Assembly (NCBI GenBank): GCA_965153455.1
Contig: OZ234493.1
Coordinates: forward strand, 18,900,213-18,964,212
Length of the DNA stretch: 64,000 nucleotides
Direction of reading: 5' to 3'
Source: Sphagnum compactum
Lineage: Eukaryota
Shown here one piece after another: positions 36,492 to 54,227 of the stretch (the stretch's first letter is position 1; each line of letters opens with the position of its first letter). The notes beneath the pieces were generated by a model. That model had not been told where the DNA came from. It did no database searches and was given only the letters and a program-made list of their open reading frames with translations. Both the position numbers and the translations under genes were made by a program.

Positions 36492-38937
36492 TACATTAAT
36501 GCTTGAATGTGATTTAAGACAAAACCATTACAACTTGAAATTAATGCTCTTTAAATCTTCATACAAATATACAACAACTATGAGCAACATGTCCCATACC
36601 CCTAAGCCAAACATATTACAATAAGAACCAAATGTATCTTGATTCCAAGCCAAGTGCACACACCCTAAAACCAATGACCTTCGGGTCCAATGTGTTTTAA
36701 CCCTCGACAATGTAGGACGAATTGTCGATTTTTAGTTGATATAGATACGAAAGTGCTAAGGTTTGATTGTTATGTTCTTCGTGTTATCCATGGTTTAAAG
36801 TTCAATTATGTGATCACTTAGGGTGAAGTTAGTTTGGTTGCTAATCTTGTGATTAGTTTGCCTAGTAAATGAACTCAAATGTGCAATCAAATTATGCTTC
36901 TATAGTGACCATTGCTATAAATCAAACCCCACTTTCATTAACTAAAGTCCTTTCACCAAGGTGCAAAAAAGTGTTCATACAAGTGAGTTCTTAAATATGA
37001 ATGATTTAGAACTCGGTTCCAAATAACTCAAAACTCTAGTCAAAAATAGTATTGAGAAACGTTTTTTCATAAACAATTAAGATTGTTATATTGTGGCAAA
37101 AAGTTGTTCCCAAAAAAAAAAAAAAAACTACATTACAAAATGATGAAATCCTTTCAAAACATCTCTAAATATGGTTTTTTAAAAAGGCTATGTTGCAACA
37201 AATCATTTTTTCTCTCTATCAAATTTGTGCAAAAATTTACACAAAAAAATGGCTAATAAGGGGAACTTTATGTTTTGCATGTTTCACTATAATTATTGGT
37301 TTTCAAATTGGGAAATTCAATGCGTACATGAAAAAAGTATGTCAATTCCCTCACTTCCACCCTTTTTGTCATTAGTCAATTGTATATCAACATTATTTAG
37401 TTTAATCAAAATTACAAGTCATATAATTGTTGGGTTTTGGAATTTTGATTTAACATATTCTATTTTTCATATAATATAACAAGTTTACCCTTAAAAGGTC
37501 AATTACAAATGTTGTCCATTCTTGCATGTCAAGAGGTCAATCAACTTGGAAATTGATTAGCCATGAAAGTTCAAAATTACGAAAACGTCACAATAAAATT
37601 ATCCATAAAACATTTCATATAGGGGATGAAATTGTTCATTAAGGGTTCGATAGAGGTCGAAATGTTAGATGAACATTAAATTTGTAAATAAATTTTCATT
37701 AGATGACATTAGTTAAGACCAAACTTTTTTTAATCACTTATGCTCTTGACTACAATGCTTAAGGCAAATCTTCACATAGGCCGTCCTCTTTTGCCTATCA
37801 ACACACCTTCCACAATCACATTACATGCCAATCACAACAACTTCATGTTGAGTTTCCCTACTTGGTCAAGTCTTTTACGACTTATATGTACAACAACAAA
37901 GCGAGGGTGATAAAATCAATAGAGTACAAAATAAGAGTTGGACTTGGTATGACTTTCAAGATAACTCTAATATTTAATCTCATTTTGGGATGTGTAAGTA
38001 TGGGTGAGCATGGTCATTCATAATGTAAGAATATACATGTAATAAATGCCAAGTTGAAATTTAAAAAGGGGAATACATAAGAGACATCATTTTTTGTTTT
38101 TTTTTATATGCAAGGTTTGCATAGAAATGCCCAAGTTATTTTTGCAGTTATTTAAAAACTCAATATCCTTACAAATTTTGTTCCATGCATCCATCCTCAA
38201 CACCTCCCCACCATCTTCTTTTTTCTCGACAATTTTTGTCACTCTTTCCTCAAGGAAAGGCAATATTTTTTGTCTAGTGTAAATAAGACTAATTTTGCTA
38301 ATAATTTGGAAAAGATCCCCAGATTTTTATATCACATAATTGAGGGGAAAAAAAACCCCTACCCATAACCCATACATTAAAAAATAAGATTAAGTGACTC
38401 AATTGCATAAAGGTTCTTTCCTTTATGACATATTCAAGCCAAAATCTTGAGAGATGATAAAACCAGTTTCAAAACAAAATTTTATCTCCAAGTCTTTACA
38501 TGAATGCAACAACTTGACTCTTCCCTAGAGAGAAGAGACCACAAATTTGAACCACCCAGTTAAATCAAATACTCTAGGTAGTCACATATGCACAACCCAT
38601 TGCTTTTGGTGGTTTTAGGGTTAAGTAAAAGACTGAATTTTAGGGTTTTAGTGTGGCACCTTAATCTACAAGCATAATAAGTCACATTGGAATTTTGACT
38701 TAATTTTAAAGTTGCTTTTGGTGGGTCCATGCTAGCAAGAAGTTATTATGCCATAGTCATCCATAGAAAATCCCCATAGAAGAAGGCAAGTTAACTCCAA
38801 GTTAAGTTAACTCTTTGAATCCTTAAACCCTAGAGGTCAGAAAAATCTTGGCTTTGCCATCAATGCAAACTTTGAAACCATTGTTCTTGACCTTGACCTA
38901 ATAAAGGTTGAAAGTAAGGACCCAATAATGGTGCTGA

Positions 38938-39033
38938 CTAAAGGTGTGTTCACACTTGGTGTTAGGGACTCTGGTGTTGAGTCCCCTAACATCATGTTAG
39001 TCATTTAGGATTTAAACCTACTTACCATCAAGA
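38938..39033. mobile_element. Truncated copy of the AGGTGCATTCACAC MITE
   Basis: ctaaaggtgtgttcacacttggtgttagggactctggtgttgagtcccctaa... matches the reverse complement of about 24835-24930. Confidence 0.65.
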
Positions 39034-39521
39034 AAATTTTCTCAAGCCTTTACTTTATTTGAACAATGTATTGGGGAAAATTGATGTAGTGTGGGTGTCC
39101 ATTGAAATGGTGTGCATAGCTTCTTACCATCAATTTACCTCCAATTGATAAACAAATATTTTACCCATCAACACAAAAGTTGAAACAACTGCAATGGCAA
39201 AAAATTCTTTGTGTAAATGAACAATTGATACAATGGTAAATTCAATACAAATTCAATTTAAACATGTCGGTAAACATTTAATGGTTGCAATATTTTTAAA
39301 TTTGAATTCAAAATTGTATTGTATAACTTAAATGTTTTTTTCCCAAAAAAATTATACAACTCTTTGTGCTATCAAGCTTTGTGAGGTTTTGCTTTGGGAT
39401 CAAAGGCACCACAATGGAAACAAATAAGATTTTTCATGTTACTCATTGACGATGATGAGGTTCCATGGCAATATGTTCACATCAAGGACTTTGATCACTT
39501 GCTTCATTTATGTTTGAATTA

Positions 39522-39880
39522 ATCTTCAAAATATTGTGTAATTTAAGAACCTTTAAGGTTTGGTCCAATAAGAATAATGTCAAAAACCTTCAAGACAACA
39601 TTCATTTAATGTTATGTTTGTATAACAAGGAGTGAATATCTATAAACAATGCAAATGTCCATAACTTACACTTACTATCATGTACAAATCCGAGATCAAA
39701 ATATCTTCAAAATATTGTGTAATTTAAGAACCTTTAAGGTTTGGTCCAATAAGAATAATGTCAAAAACCTTCAAGACAACATTCATTTAATGTTATGTTT
39801 GTATAACAAGGAGTGAATATCTATAAACAATGCAAATGTCCATAACTTACACTTACTATCATGTACAAATCCGAGATCAA
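39522..39880. repeat. Tandem duplication, 181-bp period x 2, apparently identical copies
   Basis: atcttcaaaatattgtgtaatttaagaacc...tccgagatcaa at 39522 and 39703. Confidence 0.93.
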
Positions 39881-42304
39881 TGATGTTCATCATGTTTAAC
39901 CCATTGGAATTCAATTAGTGTCCACGCACTTGACAAGGGTTGTTCATTGAATGCAACGATTTCAACAAAAGCCTTTGAACTTGAATAACCCCCCCTTAAT
40001 AGAAGAAAATTACTTGAACATTTTCATTGAAATAAATAATTTGACAACTTCCATTTTTCATAACATTTTCATTTCACATTTTTAAAAAAACATTATGAAA
40101 AATGTTGGTTGATTTGTGCCATTTAGCAACCACCCAACTTTACATAGGATGAGTAAATTATTTTGAAGCAGTTGAAAAAGAGGGTATATGCAAAAATATA
40201 AAGTAAAAATCCTAGTATCTATATTCAATCACTTCCATAAAGCAATTTGGTTATAATGGATTTGTTTGAGATACGGTGATTAATTAATATTTTTAATTTG
40301 TAACTTTATTCTCAAAATTTCAACACTAATTACTTGCCTTGAACAAGATTTTTATGCCCACAAAACCTTTTTTTAAAAATGTGCAGGTGATTTTTTTTGT
40401 TAAATTGTTGATTGCACTAGTGATACATTAAGATTGATATACATACCCACCCAACAGTAATTAGCAACAAACCTTTGATAAGAGAACCCCATGTGTGTAA
40501 GTATAGTTAATAACTTTGGAGATTTGGGAATGCACAATTCTATGTATAACTTCTAAAGTTCTAATGCCTAAAATAATGAAAGCAAGTCCTCCTCAAGCTA
40601 TATATAGGAATCAAGCCTCAATGGCTACCACCAATAAAGGAAAAGCTTTAGCATTTGAACTTGGAAGTTTGAAGTTTGGACTTAACTAATAATAATGGGA
40701 AAACATAAAGAAAGATAGATACTTAATTAAAGCACCTTTGTTGTTGTTGTTGTTGTTACCACTACTTTTGTTGACCCATCTCTTGGGGTGGTGTGGGTGT
40801 AAGCTTCAAAGGTAGATGCACTCTTCATGTGCCAGTTCATTATTTGTTACCGTGCAAAATTATTGAAGTTAGGTACAATGGAGTTGGGAATTCAAGATGA
40901 TATAGTAGCTTCTTTTGTTTTCTCTTCCCTCAAAAGAGAAACTTTACATTCGGAAAACACATGGGTCCCTCCCTCCCTCCCTAAACCCTAAACCCCTCGA
41001 TGAAGATTTTTTGAGGTTTAAAAGTGAAGAAAGGAAGGTGAAATTTTGGTCGGGCTTCCCGGCCAATATTCCCAATTAATAAGACTTCCAAGATGTTCAT
41101 ACATTGTGGCACTTTGGTTATAGGCTTGAGCAAGAGAAAAAACTATGAATAACAACCAAACACAACAACAACAACAACAATGGCTAAGAACAAAAGTATT
41201 ATCACGTCTACAACCGTAGTAGGAACAAGCAAAGGAGAGATGATATTGTCATGACCTAACCAAACAACCACCCTAAACAACCTTGAAAAAAAGCTGCAAA
41301 TTTTCTATTGCTTTTGAGTGAGTCTATAACTTGTGAAACTAGGCTACCTCTTCTCATTTTCATTCAAAACTATGTTTGCAACAAACTACCTTGAAATATT
41401 CGTTTTTGCCATAGAGTGCAATGGGGGAGAGAGATTATAGAGAGGGTTTCAACCATACTATCCACAAACTAATTGAGAACTACTATCAATTTTCTAAATT
41501 CTTTTTGAGTCTTTGGGTAAATCCACCTTCAATGAACTCTCTAACCCTAATCCTTTTTTTTCTTTTTTTTCTTTTTTTTTGCAAGGATTGGGGTACTTTC
41601 CAATTGCACTTACTTCTTCACCGAGCACCCTATACATTTACTCACAATTGAGGGAATTTTTTTAAAAAAAATTTGAAATACAAGAAATCTTTCTAGTGGT
41701 TGATTTTGATAACTTTACATAAGGAACTTTGTATCACCTTCGTCACACACCTATAACCTAAAGAAAAGATTTGGAAAGATGCCAATAAAAACCTCCAAAA
41801 GATCCAAAGACATTAAATTAAATTGTCCGTTTGTTTAAGACGATTGTTCTTATTGCTCTGACCCGATAGACATGCTCAATACTACCTTCCCCTCATGGGT
41901 AGTAGCAAAGAGGGGTAGCAAATTGACGGAACTTTTAACTAAACATAGCAAACGACTTGTAGGCAAACAATTTGTTGTGTTGTGGGCTCGGAAAAAAAAA
42001 CACATCTATTTTCTTCTATCAACTTGTAACCTAAAAAACACAAACATTCGGGCATCACAAAGATGACAACAAGTTCAACAAGTTGTTGTTTAGGATGCCT
42101 TTGGTCACGTGAAAAGGTGGATAATATGATAAATTATTATTTGGGGGGGGGGGGGGGGTGTGTTGTGGTGGCCCCACTCGATCGTCAAAAAGTGGGGTTA
42201 CCCATCTACTTTGGTGGGCTTTTGTGGGGGGGGGGGGGGGGCCACCTTTAGCCCGAACGGTTGCAAGTCACGATTGGCCGACACGGATTTCCCCTTCAAT
42301 AAAG

Positions 42305-42533
42305 TTGTGGACTCTTTTCGCTTGCTGAAGATGCAATTGGGTGTCTAATAATAAAACCCATTGTGGACTCTTTTCGCTTGCCAAAGATGCATTCGGGTGT
42401 CTAATAATAAAAACCCATTGTGGACTCTTTTCGCTTGCCGAAGATGCAATCGGGTGTCTAATAATAAAAACCCATTGTGGACTCTTTTCGCTTGCCAAAG
42501 ATGATGCAATCGGGTGTCTAATAATAAAAACCC
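42305..42533. repeat. Tandem array, 56-60-bp unit x 4, inside a G-tract-rich element
   Basis: ttgtggactcttttcgcttgccaaagatgcaatcgggtgtctaataataaaaaccca at 42305, 42361, 42418 and 42475. Confidence 0.92.
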
Positions 42534-43735
42534 GTGATCCAAAATTGGGTAATATAAAGTCTCGAGGGAGGGGGGGGGGGGGAGATGGAACAACAACCCA
42601 CACAACACAAAATTCCTACAATTATAATTAGTATCATGGGTGCACCATTTGCTTCAAGAAGAAGAAGAATAATTATTAATTAATTAATTAATTAATTAAT
42701 GTTGTTCTTTAAATTAAAGAAGAATTATTTTGTTGTTTTCCTCCAATATGTCATTTTTTGCAAAAGAAAAAGAAGAAGAAAAATAATGTCTTATTAGTAG
42801 GAAAAAGTTCTTACCAAAGAGTGTTTGTGTTAGTGTCAATTTTGTGAGGTAGCCGAGGAGGTGATTATCATCCATAAGAAGATTTATTTGGGGCAATCAT
42901 CCAAAGGAAATTTTAGCCAGATTTGGCTATAGACAAGAAATCAAAGTGAATTTTTTTTTTAAATCTTTCGATAATTTTTTTCGCAACCCTAAATGTATAG
43001 AAATTTGGAAATTTTTATTAATTTATTTGGAATTGTGAAAAATTCAAAATTCAAAATCTCAAAATTCACTTCATTTTAGCATTTAAAAAAAATTCAATTC
43101 AATTTTAGGCAAATTTTGTTAATTAGAAAAGACCATTTAATTTATTTTTCTTTTCAATTTTCTAAAGTAGGAATAGAATATATATCTATATATATATATA
43201 TATATAGATCAAGGTAGATTTAGCATTTTATTGGCAACAATTTTAGAAAAACTGTCCAAAATTTTTGTGACTTTTTTTTTCCAAAACCAAAAAATTCCCT
43301 CATTTTCCTGGCAATATTTTGTAAATATTCCATTTTATTATTTTAAAATTTTCTGGGGTAGCCACTATATGAAAATTTGGCACAAAAAATAAATATTCAA
43401 CCAATGTAGTTTTTCCTCCATTGTTTTGAGCAATGCTCACACACACATGTAATTATTATTACTTTGAACTTTGAAGGGAACTTCATTTTTGGGAACTTCA
43501 TGGAACATTTCCTATTTTTTAACTCCAATGAGCTTTCCTTTAAGCTTTTTGGAGTCGGGAATTTTTTTAATAAACAATTAAAAATTAATTATTTATTTTA
43601 AATTATTTTACATTTAAAAAACATTCTGTGTTCAGATTCCAGCTTTCTTTTTGTTCGTACCCTAACTTTTTCTTTTTTCTGTGTGTGGGGAAGGGAATTA
43701 TAAAAAAGGCAAATCTAAATAAAAGGTTTTTCTTT

Positions 43736-44145
43736 TTTGTGGCTGTCAGTATTTTCTTTTCCTTTTTAATTTTATTTTAAATTTTCACAAAAAAACGATT
43801 TCTGTGTGTGGCTGTCGGTTTTCCTTTTTTTTTCTTTGTTTTTTAATTTTCAAAAAAAAAATTCTGAATCTGTCGGTTTTTTTTTTTTCCTCTTTTTTTC
43901 TTTCTTTTAATTTTCAAAAACAAATTCTGTATGTGCTTGCTATCGGTTATTTTCTCTGTTTTCTTTTTTCTTTTTTTAATAAATTTTCAAAAAATACATT
44001 CCATTTTTTGCATGTGGCTGTCGGTTTTTTTTATCTCTTTTTTTCTTTTTTAATTTTGAAAAATACATTCCATTTCTGTATGTGGCTGTCGGTCTCTGTC
44101 TTTTTCTTTTCTTTTTAATTTTTTTTTATTTTGTGTGGCTGTCAA
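43736..44145. repeat. Degenerate tandem repeat (tgtggctgtcgg + T-tract + A-tract), about 6-7 units
   Basis: Recurrent tgtggctgtc at about 43738, 43807, 44013, 44081 and 44134, with weaker copies between. Confidence 0.65.
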
Positions 44146-44150
44146 GGACT

Positions 44151-44252
44151 TTGAGTAGGGCTGTAGGTAACGAAAAAGTAGGTAGGCACCCTAGATACTA
44201 GGATAGGTAGTAGGTAGGTAGGTATGTAGGTAGGTAGTAGGTACCTACTCAA
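44151..44252. mobile_element. Small TAGG-rich element with 9-bp TIR
   Basis: TTGAGTAGG ... CCTACTCAA, with an interior of gtag/tagg repeats. Confidence 0.45.
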
Positions 44253-45703
44253 GTTGTCTGTCACCTTTCTGGGGGACTTCTGTTGTTCTTTGGTTAGTCA
44301 ACAAATGACATTGCCGCGTGGGGCCCGTCCGTCCGTACGCTTCGCTGAAAATGACAGCTTCATGGTCGCTTTTTGACAAGCGGGTTCCTTATTGGCAGAC
44401 CATCATCATCACCAACATCAAGGGGTGGGCATCTGTCCCCCTTTAAGGGGTGCATGCTTCGTAGGCCAACGAACACCGCAGTTGATGACTCAGATTCGGA
44501 TCTCAGAAGATCGGACGGTTGATGTGCTGCTGTGCAGCCTTCTTAGGTGGAACTGGCAGGTGGCCTATTACTCCCTTTGGGAGCTTCTAAAAGGCCACTT
44601 TCGAGGCCTTTTGATGAATTTTTGCTTTTTTGCATTTTTGTCCAGAAAGTGTAAAGGTAGCTGGTTATTGTAACCAAGGTTTTGTCTTCTTTTTTTTAAT
44701 AATTTTAATATCAAAAATTTGAAAATAAATCCAAAACATTAGTAAAATAAATCAAATTTACACTAGAAAAAAAAATCTCCAGAAATTCCACAATCTTTTT
44801 GAGCAATTTTTTTTTTCAAAAAGGAATTCGCCAATTTTTCAAAATTAATTTCTTTAAAAAAGAATTTCACCACATTTGGACTCAAATTTTTGCTTGGAAG
44901 CATTTTTTTTAAAAACTTTTTGGACAAGTTTCTAGAACATGTCAATATTGACTATTGTTTCCCTCCTTGGATATAATATCATAAAACTGAAAAGAAAAAC
45001 ATTGGTTCCAATAGGTAGCCAATAAGACCAAAAAAAATCATTTAAATGGTTTTTGGGTTTTTTTTAATAATCTAATTTGGCTAAATCATCTTATGGATGA
45101 TCGCCACCCATGCTACATCACAAAGTAAAAGAAAGAAGACACCCAATGAATAAGATTTGCAATTTTTGAAAACCAATTCATATTCATTGCTAACTGATGA
45201 TGATTGATAGGAAGGGATTTTTTTTTAAAAATTAAACCAACTACCTAATCTCTATTATTGGTAAGTGATGAGGATTGAAAGGAGGGGACCTTCAAGACAT
45301 TTGGTGTTCCAAGCTTTTTGAATAACATGAAAATCAAGAACTTGTGTTTGAATCCACACAAAGCTCTATGTTTTACAAGGAAAATTTGATGGGCATGTTG
45401 TCAATTTCAAAAGCTCATGTTTTTTAATGCAACTTTTGAAGTTATGACTCCACATGTACAAATTGAATGAAAAAGAATATTTGTTAATGTGAGATTGGCA
45501 ATGACAACATTCGTCACAACCTCGAGCCAAAAACACAATGCACTTCTAGGGCGGATTACATCATGTGATCACACTTACACAAAAAGCTTAGGGCAAAGGG
45601 TGTGAGATTGCAAGATCCTTAGGCCGTAGGATGTAATGCACTAAGATCTTTGGAAGTGAGTCATTTTTTTTAAAAACCATTCATTACCTCGATTGTTACA
45701 TAG

Positions 45704-45794
45704 GGTAAGGCCCTACTATTAGGGAATTATTGCGTGAACCTCGAACTTTGCCCTCTCAGCTCACATAGTAATTCCTTGACATTAGGGCCTTACC
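45704..45794. mobile_element. Small foldback/MITE
   Basis: GGTAAGGCCCTA / TAGGGCCTTACC perfect 12 bp, extending imperfectly inward (ggaatta/taattcc). Confidence 0.6.
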
Positions 45795-48700
45795 ATATAC
45801 ATAAAAGTGTAAACCCCATCCTTAGGAGAGACAATGTCAGCTCGCTGTCAAGGAGATTGAAATGTTGATGGAAGAAACACATGCATTTGTTGATGAATCA
45901 CTCGAAAAGAATGGGAATTCAATAAACATCAAATAACAAACACGAATAATGTTGGATAAAATATGATGGTACAAACTTACAAAGTTATGAAATTATATAC
46001 TAAAATCAACATTTTTTTAAACAAATGAATTGAAATAAGCCCCCAGTAATAATTGTAAAATATTTTGAAATGTTTGTAATTGTTATTAAAAAATAAAGGT
46101 GCCACAAAAAATTTGTCGACATGTGCCAACATATGGGTGAAAGCAATGAGCATTATTAATATGTATCAAAACAATTGTAACCATTGCTTAATATTTCATA
46201 GTTTTGAAATGATTATTTAAATTAGTGCTGATTTTTTAATTTATTTGTATATCAACATTCGTAATATATTATGAAAACATACAAATATATTTGAAATCAA
46301 TATAATGCAAAAAAAATTAATGATTATAACCAATGTTTTTTAAGCAACAAATGATTTATAAAATGACTTTAAAAAGTGTGAAAATGACAAATTTTTGATA
46401 GAGTTTCAATATAAGACATCTTGTTATAGTGATACTTATGCTTCTACAAATGGCTCACAATATCCTATAATTTCCACCCTACGTGAAAACCCGACGAATG
46501 TCACCAATTCTTGTTCTATGTGGAAAAATTTGATAGCTGTCAAGTTGTAGCAAATGTTGGTGTTGAAGAAAATGCAAGGTGTTCAATAGTTATTTCAAAT
46601 GAACACATTGTCAAAAAAATCACAATTTCATATTGGCTTAAACATGTTACAACATATACATAAATAAATAATTACCAAGAAAGCCAAACCACAAGGGAAA
46701 AAATGAACAAGAGGAAATGACCTTTTGATAAATGATAAATAATTTTGGTAGTGCAATTGGTGGCAAGTTATTGGAAGTAGTTGCTTTTAAGTGTTGTGGT
46801 GTAACTACTCATGTGGGGCTAAAGGAACTTGTTTCAAGTGGTGCAGTTGTTGTGAGCTTTTGTGGTGTCATCCTCACTATCCCCCTTCAATAATACACTC
46901 AAAATGTTTGTTTGGAGTTCGTACAGTCTATTATCACAAACCAAACCTTGAATATATGATGTCACAATAACACATTACTAAAACAAGAGAGTTCGACATT
47001 AAAGTCATCTATTAAATCACACTACGTGAGTAGTAAATAGATTGCAATTGGTTGCTCGTTGCACTTCATACAAGTTACCCCATGGATTCAAGTTGTGTTC
47101 CCCTTGCATGTAAAATGAAAGTCTTTCCAAACTCCAATAATCCTACGCATTCTAATTTCATTTGAATTTTCTATAAAGATTTGACGTGAGCAACAAGGAT
47201 TTTTATTTTTTATTTTTTTCACTTTGCAAATAAGTCAACTACAATTTATTATAATCCAATCTAAGAATAATTTGTAGCATTGAAATAAAAAGAGATTTTG
47301 ACCAAAAGTGCAATAAAGTAATTATTTTCTCTTTTTTCCTAATGATCTTAATTATATAATGATAACTGAAAATGATATTCAAGAACATTTTTTGTGGTGA
47401 ATTTTCACAATTTGGTGACCCAAAAAAAATAGGATTGTTTTGCCACAATGTCCAACTTTTAAAGAAAAAAACCAAATTTTTGAGATTAGTTTTTGAGAAA
47501 ATGCTGCCACATTTCAACTATCTTTTTTGTTTCAAGGTAGTTGGTGACCACTTTTTTTTTTTTAATTTCTAGAAAAAAGTTCCCAATTACTATTAAATCT
47601 ACCTCAAGAATGTTTGCCCCTTTTATTATGTCAAAATTTTGAAGGAGAAAAAAAAAACAAAAAAAAATAAATTTTAAAAACTTAAAAACTTTTGATCTCC
47701 ATTGTTGAAAGGCAACCAAAATTGATCTCCACCATTAACGTGTGAATGAAATTGACCATGTGATCATTATTTTAATAACAATTTTATTTAGTCGCCTAAA
47801 AATTGATATTGGCCTTGAATGGATGACCAAAATTGATTTTCACCATAATAATGAATTAGTCCGTGATTGAAATTATTGCTACCATCAAAGGGTGACCAAT
47901 AGTGTAAGAAATTAAATTATGATGACATTTTTTTCAATCAAAATTCATTTACCTATATCATTGATGAGCAACTACAAATTGATTCGGTCCAATTATTTTT
48001 CTTGTTGCCTCAAAATTGATCTCCATTATGGGAAGGCGACTCGAATTAATCACGATATTGGTAGGCCATGGAAAATTGGTGCTATTGTTGGAGGCAACCA
48101 AAAATGATCACCATCATAATCGAGGGTGACCAAAATTGATCCTAACCGGTGTTTCTTTTTCATTTTCTTTTCCTTACATGAAAAATTGATCAACACCATC
48201 AAAAGGTAACTAAAAATTAATTTAAACCCCATTCGTTTTCTTTCCTCCCAAAATTGGTTCCATCATCAATTGGCCACTAAAGTAGTGTGCACTATTGGAG
48301 AGTGATCGAAATTGATCTTTTCTTGGAATTCAAAGATATGTATCAAATGCAAGCTTAATGGGTGTAACTAGAAACTTAAATTCTCTCAAGTTGTTGACAC
48401 AATATGATTGCAACTTAAGTTGTGCAATGGTTTTTGGAGGGGGACTTAGAATCACATAATTCTATTGCATAACAATGTTTCATTCCAAAATTATATTCAC
48501 ATTATAAAATTGTTTGAAGATTTTTGTTAAAACTTTGTGACCAAATGTGCCTTTCAAAATTTTATTTCATAGAAATGGTAACTTTTTGCTGAAAACACAT
48601 GTTTTACTTCTTTTTTTTTAAATATAAAATTTCAAGTCTTTATATAAAATTCCATTGTTTGGAACTTCAGGTTTAGTGATGTTTGCATTTTCTCTCTTTT

Positions 48701-48973
48701 AGCATTTGTAATTATTATTTTATGGTTAGTCCGATGCGAAGCTACTTATTATTATGGAATATGATCATGTAGATGTAAACTCCATGATTATACAATCAAT
48801 ATGGATGTCCTACAATGTATGTCAACACAACTTGACATGCAGCACACAACATGTGATGTAAATGTGAATTTTCGGTTTCAAATGTAAAATTAGGCCCAAT
48901 ATAGGACATCCTTTTCACATGCTTTTTTCAAATTGAAAAGTGTGTGAAAACAAAGCTTTAGAATATTTGGAAG

Positions 48974-49313
48974 TCTAAAATTTAATATGTCTCTCCACCA
49001 ATAATATTTTTGGTGGCACTATGACAACGAAAAATAATAGAAATGGAATATTTTGTTGTCACTTTGTTTCACAAAACATTCTAAAATTTAAATGTCTCTC
49101 CACCCATAATATTTTTGGTGGTGAATTTTCACACTATGACAACGAAAAATAATAGAAATGGAATATTTTGTTGTCACTTTGTTTCACAAAACATTCTAAA
49201 ACTTAAATGTGTCTCCACCAATAATATTTTTGGTGGTGAATTTTCACACTATGACAACGTAAAATAATAAAAATGGAATATTTTGTTGTCACTTTGTTTG
49301 TTTTACAAAACAT
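48974..49313. repeat. Tandem repeat, about 106-115-bp unit x 3
   Basis: tctaaaa...ctccaccaataatatttttggtgg...cactatgacaacg...acaaaacat at 48974, 49080 and 49195. Confidence 0.9.
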
Positions 49314-50422
49314 TTGCCAAAAAATAGGAGAGAAATTTTCGTTTTTGAAGAAATGTCATCACTTCTTTATTGCCCCCAGAAGTTTGTTACCAATTTATTG
49401 TTATTTGAAGCAAATTTTGGAAGTTTTTCTAAAATTATTGCCAATAAATGGCAAATCTACCTTGGAATGCTTGTCGGCTAGTCCTACTTCAGAAATTTGG
49501 AAAAAAAAAAAAAAGTGTAAAACAAAACAAAAAAAAAAACAAGAAAAACTAACTACTCTCCATCATAGAATGGCAAACATAAAGATTTTTTATTCATGTT
49601 TTTAAAAAAAATGCAAACATAATATAACATTTCATTTTGATCATGGCATGACAAATAATGAAAAAGCATAACAAAAAACTAATCACATAACAATTTCAAA
49701 ACTTGAAATATTTTAACTGCTAGGTCATTATACAATGCACAAAAGAAAATATCCATGTTTAAGTTTGTCAAATGTTCAGAAATTTTGACAAATGATTGCA
49801 AAAAGCTATTGCCACAAACCCAAAAATTTTGAGACAATTTGTAAAAAAATTGGCTCAAAATTTCTTCAATTGATAACCAACATACATATATAATTTGTGC
49901 CAAGTCCAATAGTACGCACTACTTGTTACAAGATACATTCGCACAATACATTTGCGTTAAGGACCATGCACAGTTGCCAAATAATGGCCCCACAGAACAA
50001 CCAATGTTATGGTGGAAATTAGAAAGTGAATTGGCTGAAAATGGTTGGGTCAAGCAGTTGCGACTCTCAACTGCTTGACATGTTTGCAACAATGTCTTTG
50101 TAAGCACATCAAGCATGGTGTAACCACCAACATGAATATCATTTAGGTGATCTACCTTCATGCACAAACATAGTTATGATTTCTGCAGGAATTGTGGAAC
50201 CCACAACTATCTCAAGTAGACCTTGACATGTAACATCCCCTCAATGGTATGCATGCTGGCCCCTCAAAAGACAGTGGGTGACATTTTAATTCAGCAAGAA
50301 CCAACATAGAACACCATAGATTTTTACTCACGTGGATGTTCATAATCACTTACATAGTCCTCCTAAGAACAAGTGGGAATATGCAACAGAGAAAAGTTCC
50401 ACTTGCCTTTTGAGTCCACAGC

Positions 50423-53762
<3,340 letters not shown>

Positions 53763-54227
53763 TGCCGGCTGTTCTCGCACTACAACAAAACACAAGAAGG
53801 AGAAGGAGAAGAAGAAGAAGAAAACGCAGCAGCAGCAGCAAAAATATCAACCAAAAGTCCTTCGCATACGATCGATCCTGTGCGCAACAAATGAAGAGAG
53901 CTCTCGTTTGCTCTGGGCTTCAAAATACCACGAGGAAGGAGAAGAAGAGGAGACGAAGATGGATCGGGGCCCGCGTACGCTTATGGAATGTAGGAAAGAG
54001 CACATTGGAAAGATGCCGTTGTGGAAGCCATTATTGCAAAGCTTTTGTGCAGCAGAAGTGTAGAAAGATTAGCTCAGAAAATGATGATGTGTGAAGTGTT
54101 TCCCAGCGCATTTGTTTTGATCATACTGCGCTGATTGCAGAATCGTAAGAAGAGATGAGCAATTGTGATGATCGACATGATCATGGAACACAAATTAGTA
54201 CTTTGTTTTGCACTTCAATGCTCTATT

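Noticed and set aside
40919..40940. Partial resemblance to miR477 (ctctccctcaaagg...)
   Set aside because: Only a short imperfect match, and I saw no complementary arm nearby.
42268..42631. Repetitive ORFs (IIKTHCGLFSLA repeats and antisense frames)
   Set aside because: They arise from a 57-bp (multiple-of-three) tandem unit and show no splice structure or domain.
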